Assembly (NCBI GenBank): GCA_040752695.1
Contig: JBFMGO010000148.1
Span: forward strand, 1 to 11,526
Direction of reading: 5' to 3'
Length of the DNA: 11,526 bases
Source of the DNA: a bacterium
GTDB lineage: Bacteria > SZUA-182 > DTGQ01
The stretch's first letter is position 1; each line of letters begins with the position of its first letter. Positions 7,434 through 11,526 of this stretch are shown here, piece after piece. The notes under the pieces were generated by a model, which worked only from the letters and a program-made list of their open reading frames with translations, made no database searches and had not been told where the DNA came from. The position numbers were made by a program, and so were the translations under genes.

Positions 7434-8654
7434 TCATTCCTCCGTGCGATACTCTTTCAGAACCAGGGCTGCATTTAATCCGCCGAATCCGGAGTTGGTG
7501 GAAACCGTTACCGTTCCATCGAGCGAATGAGGCTGTGAAAAAACCCACCCTTTGGCTTCTTCATCAACACAGCGCATATTTACGGTCGGCGGAATCATTT
7601 TTTCTTTTAAAGCCTGGAAGGCGACAATCACCTCCAAAAGCCCGGCTGCTCCCATGGTGTGCCCTGTCCCCCCCTTGATGGAGTAGGTTGGAATGGCCCG
7701 GTTTTGGAAAGCCTTTTTAAAGGCTTTCATCTCCATGGCGTCGTTGTATACGGTGCCTGTTCCGTGAGCGGATATGGACCCTACGGCACTTTCGGGAATG
7801 CTGGCTGACTGGAGGGCTTTTTCAACAGCCAGAGCAAGGCCGCAGCCATCCCGGCAGGGCCCTGTCATGTGGTTGGCATCACCGGTCATTCCCCATCCGG
7901 CAATTTCTCCGATAATGGGTCTTTCTTCCCGCATCGCTCTTTCTTCGCTCATGAGCAGGATAAAGCCGGCAGCCTCACCAAGACTCAGTCCTTTTCTGTC
8001 CCGATCGAAAGGACGGGCCATGTCTTTATCCAGGGCCATTAACGTAGAAAAGCCGGCCATAACGAACTCGCTTACGCTGTCGCAGGCCACAACGAGAAGG
8101 CAATCCTGCTCGCCATTGCGTATCAGGGAGGCTGCCTGGGCAATGGCTGCACTCGATGAAACACAGGCTGCGGAAACGATGAGCGGCATGTTCCGGCTTT
8201 TACTCCTGGTTACCACCCCTGACCAATGCACTACTTTGGCGAGCAGACAGTCCAGACGGCTTTCTTTCGCCGTTCCCTGAGTCCCTCTCAGAACGGATTG
8301 CTCGAGAAAATCGATTTCCCCGGTGGTAGTCGCCAGTATCAAAAGGCTGTCATCGGGGATAAGACCAAGATCCGAGGCCTTCGAAAGAAGCGGAATAAGC
8401 ATGTTCATGACGAATGATTCCCCCGGGCCTGCCTTCAGATCCGGTATGGTGGCCGCTTTGTCGGTTAAAAAGTGTCTGGTTGAAAAGCGATCCAGGGGCC
8501 TGATAGCGCTTTGCCCCGAAAGAAGGCCCTGCCAGCAGGCATGAACGCCCCACCCATAGGGAGTTACCAGATCACAGGCTACGGCCACGGCTTTTCGATA
8601 TCTCCCTTTCCCCTGCGGGGAGAGCGAGGGGGTGAGAGGGGCTAGGTGAGGCAT
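7434..8654 (-). CDS. Beta-ketoacyl-ACP synthase (FabF/FabB-type KS)
   Basis: Catalytic triad intact: SAACVSS (Cys), SAHGTGTVYND (His), KGGTGHTMGAAG (His). Also RPFDRDRKGLSLGEAAG and NSGFGGLNAAL. Start placed at ATG 8654 (AGGAG upstream) rather than 8687. Confidence 0.95.
   Translation of the reverse strand: MPHLAPLTPSLSPQGKGRYRKAVAVACDLVTPYGWGVHACWQGLLSGQSAIRPLDRFSTRHFLTDKAATIPDLKAGPGESFVMNMLIPLLSKASDLGLIPDDSLLILATTTGEIDFLEQSVLRGTQGTAKESRLDCLLAKVVHWSGVVTRSKSRNMPLIVSAACVSSSAAIAQAASLIRNGEQDCLLVVACDSVSEFVMAGFSTLMALDKDMARPFDRDRKGLSLGEAAGFILLMSEERAMREERPIIGEIAGWGMTGDANHMTGPCRDGCGLALAVEKALQSASIPESAVGSISAHGTGTVYNDAMEMKAFKKAFQNRAIPTYSIKGGTGHTMGAAGLLEVIVAFQALKEKMIPPTVNMRCVDEEAKGWVFSQPHSLDGTVTVSTNSGFGGLNAALVLKEYRTEE
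8602..8641. repeat. REP-like GC-rich palindromic element inside the KS 5' end
   Basis: Hairpin ctttcccc-tgc-ggggagag (8606-8624) followed by a gggggtgagagggg tail. It is translated as PLTPSLSPQGKG ahead of the KS core. Related sequence occurs at 2318-2335 (15/18) and 1659-1672 (14/14). Confidence 0.75.
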
Positions 8655-9112
8655 GAAAATTCTCCTGCCTGCCACCGGCTGCGGCATCGCTCAAGGATTT
8701 CAGGAGAGATGAGGCATGCCTCTTTCGTGATTCCATCGACAAACATCTGTATGGTATATCCTGTGGAGGCGAACTTTCCATCCTCTTTGATCAGTGAATA
8801 TTCAGTATGCAGCCTGGCCCCTTCGCTCCATATAAAGGAGGCAGTAATGGTAAATTCCTCATCGAGATACAAAGGGCGGTGATAATCGATATGTAACTGC
8901 ACGATGGGCGCGTGGATATTGGCGTCATGAAAATCCCGGTAGGAAAGGCCGCAGTGCCTGCCGAGTTCAGCCCACCCTTCTTCGAAGTAGGCCGGATACC
9001 TGCCGTGCCAGGCAATTCCCATAACATCAACTTCGCTGAACTTTACCCGCCGTTTGATTTGAATCAAAAGGGGAGGCGGTGCCCCTTCGACAGGCTGAAA
9101 ATATCCTTTCAT
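8642..9112 (-). CDS. Acyl-CoA/acyl-ACP thioesterase, hotdog 4HBT/YbgC family (156 aa)
   Basis: RVKFSEVDVMGIAWHGRYPAYFEEG and APIVQLHIDYHRPL motifs. ATG 9112 overlaps the upstream stop (ATGA 9109-9112); the GTG at 9124 is an alternative start. Confidence 0.9.
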   Translation of the reverse strand: MKGYFQPVEGAPPPLLIQIKRRVKFSEVDVMGIAWHGRYPAYFEEGWAELGRHCGLSYRDFHDANIHAPIVQLHIDYHRPLYLDEEFTITASFIWSEGARLHTEYSLIKEDGKFASTGYTIQMFVDGITKEACLISPEILERCRSRWQAGEFSCLT

Positions 9113-9594
9113 TTTACGGCGCACGATGTTTCATCCTCATGGGAAAAATGTACCTTTATATGGAGCTCGGCAATTTTTCTCTCTTCACTCGTTATGAAAA
9201 CCTTTATCAGGGAGTCTTCTGCCGGGAGCCCGTGCTGTTCTGTAACGGGCACCTGCCGGTCTGCCGGGGGCGTCTTGCCTTCTGGCGGCAGGGGTTCTTC
9301 GCCTTTTTTCTTCCCCTCCCGCCAGGAAAAAATTACCTCCTGCCCACAGGAAACCGGAGAGAAGAATTTTGCCATAACGATTTCCTTTAAGGTGACCTTT
9401 TTTTTCTTCCACGCTTTAAGAATCAGCAAAATTGCCTGAATCTTACATACGCCCGGCAGGATGGGCCGATCGGGAAAGTGCCCTTTAAAGCCGATGAACT
9501 CCGGAGGAAAAAGAAAACCCGCTTTCCCTCCCTCTTCGGAGATTTCCCATAAGCCGAGCATGCTTTGTTCGATTTCCTTCTCGAGTTTACTCAC
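9109..9594 (-). CDS. FabZ/FabA-like 3-hydroxyacyl-ACP dehydratase (ApeI-like) with an internal insertion
   Basis: FIGFKGHFPDRPILPGVCKIQ active-site motif and AKFFSPV. The GTG start overlaps the upstream stop (GTGA 9591-9594). Confidence 0.85.
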   Translation of the reverse strand: MSKLEKEIEQSMLGLWEISEEGGKAGFLFPPEFIGFKGHFPDRPILPGVCKIQAILLILKAWKKKKVTLKEIVMAKFFSPVSCGQEVIFSWREGKKKGEEPLPPEGKTPPADRQVPVTEQHGLPAEDSLIKVFITSEERKIAELHIKVHFSHEDETSCAVK

Positions 9595-10277
9595 GAGCGG
9601 ATTTCCTTTAAGCGGACAATGAATTGGTAATGGCGCTGATGATGGTTGAAAATAATACCGCCTGGATATAATTTACCATCTTTTTGCTGGTATTCATAAT
9701 AAGAAATACTCCAGAGGCGGCGATTCTGCTTGCAGCAGCGCTTTTCGACCAGAAGGCTGTCAGCTCCGGCAAATATATACTCGATGGTGCCTTCTTCATC
9801 CGGCTGACTGAAAATGATCCGGTATTTTTCTTTTTTTACCCTGGCTTCGGGAACTGGAACGCGGTCGAAATAGATCCGCCTGATATCATCGGCTACTGCC
9901 TGGGCGAAATTACCATGACGGGTAAATTCTTCAAGAGCGAACCTGCATTCGACGCTCTTTTTGTCTGCGGCCAGTTCGAATAATTTTACCCCCATAGGGT
10001 TCATGCCTGCAACCGTGAAAGCTTTCTGCCGGCTGTCAAGGGCAGTATACCCGATTGCCGAAAAGGTATGGCGGCCATAGGTGAAGACAATCGTATCGAC
10101 AACCTGAAAGGTATCGGGAATAAGCCGGGCGAACCTCTCCCGGACCGTACCGGGGTCCACCCCCTCAAACGGCACATACGATACCGTTTGAAAGGGAATC
10201 CTGCCAGGACCGCAGCCGTTTTGCAACAGCAGTAAAAGGCACAGGAATGTGGCTGCACTCGGGAGAATTTTTATCAT
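9591..10277 (-). CDS. Probable lipoprotein, DUF3261-like (228 aa)
   Basis: ATG 10277 overlaps the MMPL stop (ATGA) with AAAGGA upstream. MIKILPSAATFLCLLLLLQNG-C looks like a signal peptide II with an imperfect lipobox. VAGMNPMGVKLFEL and DDIRRIYF resemble the lipoproteins that follow the exporter in aryl polyene clusters. Confidence 0.65.
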   Translation of the reverse strand: MIKILPSAATFLCLLLLLQNGCGPGRIPFQTVSYVPFEGVDPGTVRERFARLIPDTFQVVDTIVFTYGRHTFSAIGYTALDSRQKAFTVAGMNPMGVKLFELAADKKSVECRFALEEFTRHGNFAQAVADDIRRIYFDRVPVPEARVKKEKYRIIFSQPDEEGTIEYIFAGADSLLVEKRCCKQNRRLWSISYYEYQQKDGKLYPGGIIFNHHQRHYQFIVRLKEIRS

Positions 10278-11526
10278 ACTGTTCCTTTTATCCACCGGGG
10301 ATAGAGGGCAGGGACGATGGTCAGCGACGAGATGTATCCTGAGAACACCCCTGCCACCATGGTCACTCCGATTGAAAACAGGACCGGATGCCGGGCGAAT
10401 AACAGCACCCCGGCACCAATGAGCGTTGTAAGAGCGGACAGCGTTATCGCCGTGGCCGTACCCGTTTTTAATGCGCGCCTGCACGCATAAGCCATGAATA
10501 TGCCATAGTCACTGGTCAGGCCGACGACGATCATGGCAGCCATGACATTTACCGGATTGAGACTGAGCCCAAGGACCGGCATTATTCCCAATGCCACCGC
10601 AAGACCCGTGACAACGGGGACAAAGGAAAGTATGGTCAACCGTATGCTCCTCAAAAGGAAGAAAGTCAGACCCGTAATCAGTAAGGCTGCAATTGCCGAC
10701 AAATACACAATTTCTGAAAAGACCGATTGAGAGAGCACATGAGAGAGGTTTTTGCGCGATACGATAAAGGTTCCCGGATACCGGTCGCACAAGGTCTTGA
10801 GCGCTGCAATATCGTTGTCATTATCGGGGAAAAAGGTCAATACCCGGTGCCCGTTCTCTCCTTTCATGATAAAACGCTCTTTCACCCTTCTCAAGGAGGG
10901 GGAGAAAATCCCGGCCCCCTTTGATTCATCCCGAACGGCCACTCCTTCATACAGGCTCTCGAAGAAGGGCGAAAAGGCATCTTCCGAGAAATGATATTTC
11001 CGGCCATGCTCAAGGAGAAGATTTCTCAATTTTTCTTCATTGCCCTGTTTCCAGAAATGAACCCATCTTTTAGCGTTTTCTTCCCTTGTTTTTTTTGACG
11101 GCAAAAGCTGCGCTATGCTGCACAGTTTATCCTCACCGATGCGGGCTTTCGCATCGCGGTAAAGATGCTCGTTGCGCTCAAGAGCTTCCTCCAGATTGTT
11201 CCCTGTGGCTACCAGCACAGCCGGATTTTCCTCTCCTCCCCATATCTTTTGAAATCTCCTCTCGGCCTGCAAAACACCCGGATCACTTCCATCGAATTGC
11301 CTGATGTCGGTGCTGAAACTCAGGCGGGAACACAGAACGAGAGCACAGAGGATGGTTATTCCCCAAAGGATAATTTTCCCTCTGTCTGATAGGTATGTAT
11401 GAGGGCCGGATGAGCCAAACGGCATGCAGTCGCCCTTACCCTGGAGGCAGGCGTCCTTGCCCTGGACATGGCTGTTATCGTTCCTTGAGGATACTAAAAG
11501 ATGCGGTAAAACGAAAAAAGATGCAA
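10274..11526 (-). CDS. MMPL/RND family lipid exporter, 5'-partial
   Basis: The frame stays open from the window end (ASFFVLPHLLVSS...) through the ATG at 11425 to TGA 10274-10276. It has a TM helix, a periplasmic domain (FSTDIRQFD), then a multi-helix TM bundle with the MMPL signature IVVGLTSDYGIF and ALTTLIGAGVLLFARHPVLFSIG. Confidence 0.9.
   Translation of the reverse strand, partial: ASFFVLPHLLVSSRNDNSHVQGKDACLQGKGDCMPFGSSGPHTYLSDRGKIILWGITILCALVLCSRLSFSTDIRQFDGSDPGVLQAERRFQKIWGGEENPAVLVATGNNLEEALERNEHLYRDAKARIGEDKLCSIAQLLPSKKTREENAKRWVHFWKQGNEEKLRNLLLEHGRKYHFSEDAFSPFFESLYEGVAVRDESKGAGIFSPSLRRVKERFIMKGENGHRVLTFFPDNDNDIAALKTLCDRYPGTFIVSRKNLSHVLSQSVFSEIVYLSAIAALLITGLTFFLLRSIRLTILSFVPVVTGLAVALGIMPVLGLSLNPVNVMAAMIVVGLTSDYGIFMAYACRRALKTGTATAITLSALTTLIGAGVLLFARHPVLFSIGVTMVAGVFSGYISSLTIVPALYPRWIKGTV
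11424..11465. repeat. 21-bp degenerate in-frame tandem duplication in the MMPL linker
   Basis: On the minus strand ccagggcaaggacgcctgcct and ccagggtaagggcgactgcat (17/21) encode QGKDACL-QGKGDCM. Confidence 0.75.

Noticed and set aside
7314..7436. UGA readthrough (selenocysteine or alternative code) producing a KS-CLF fusion
   Set aside because: It would need three in-frame UGA readthroughs, and most genes in the window end in TGA at their expected C-termini, so UGA is a normal stop here.
7354..7438. CRISPR array or iteron-like repeats in the KS-CLF spacer
   Set aside because: Only two 22-bp copies separated by 8 nt, no unique 30-40 nt spacers and no cas or rep gene; a simple tandem duplication explains it.
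3910..8654. Calling the cluster a bona fide ladderane pathway or the host an anammox bacterium
   Set aside because: Ladderane enzymology is not established, similar clusters occur in non-anammox anaerobes, and the window contains no taxonomic marker.
3657..9439. Longer antisense or alternate-frame ORFs (e.g. 3657-4202, 5580-6098, 6102-6635, 7774-8280, 8912-9439)
   Set aside because: All lie over well-supported genes on the other strand and show no recognisable motifs; they are shadow ORFs.
10278..10484. N-terminal extension of the lipoprotein ORF to 10484
   Set aside because: It overlaps the MMPL C-terminus by about 200 nt; ATG 10277 has an SD, an ATGA overlap and a signal peptide.

Overview
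The window is almost entirely the interior of a type II fatty-acid/polyketide lipid biosynthesis gene cluster of the aryl-polyene/'ladderane-like' superfamily, probably from an anaerobic bacterium (inferred from two cobalamin-binding radical SAM genes; the taxon cannot be fixed from sequence alone). A tightly coupled minus-strand operon enters from beyond the right edge: MMPL exporter (partial), probable lipoprotein, hotdog dehydratase, thioesterase, ketosynthase, chain-length-factor-like protein, two tandem B12-binding radical SAM enzymes, a GT2-DUF2062 glycosyltransferase and an LpxL-like acyltransferase. It converges on a plus-strand ABC-2 permease (partial) and an acyl carrier protein. Three things stand out. 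(1) A radical-SAM pair is embedded in an aryl-polyene-type assembly and export chassis, suggesting an uncharacterised radical-modified membrane (glyco)lipid. (2) Related GC-rich palindromic REP-like fragments sit in-frame inside or at the ends of several genes. (3) The ketosynthase-CLF spacer is bridged by two micro-ORFs joined by three consecutive ATGA overlaps. Family assignments come from motif recognition; no searches were run.
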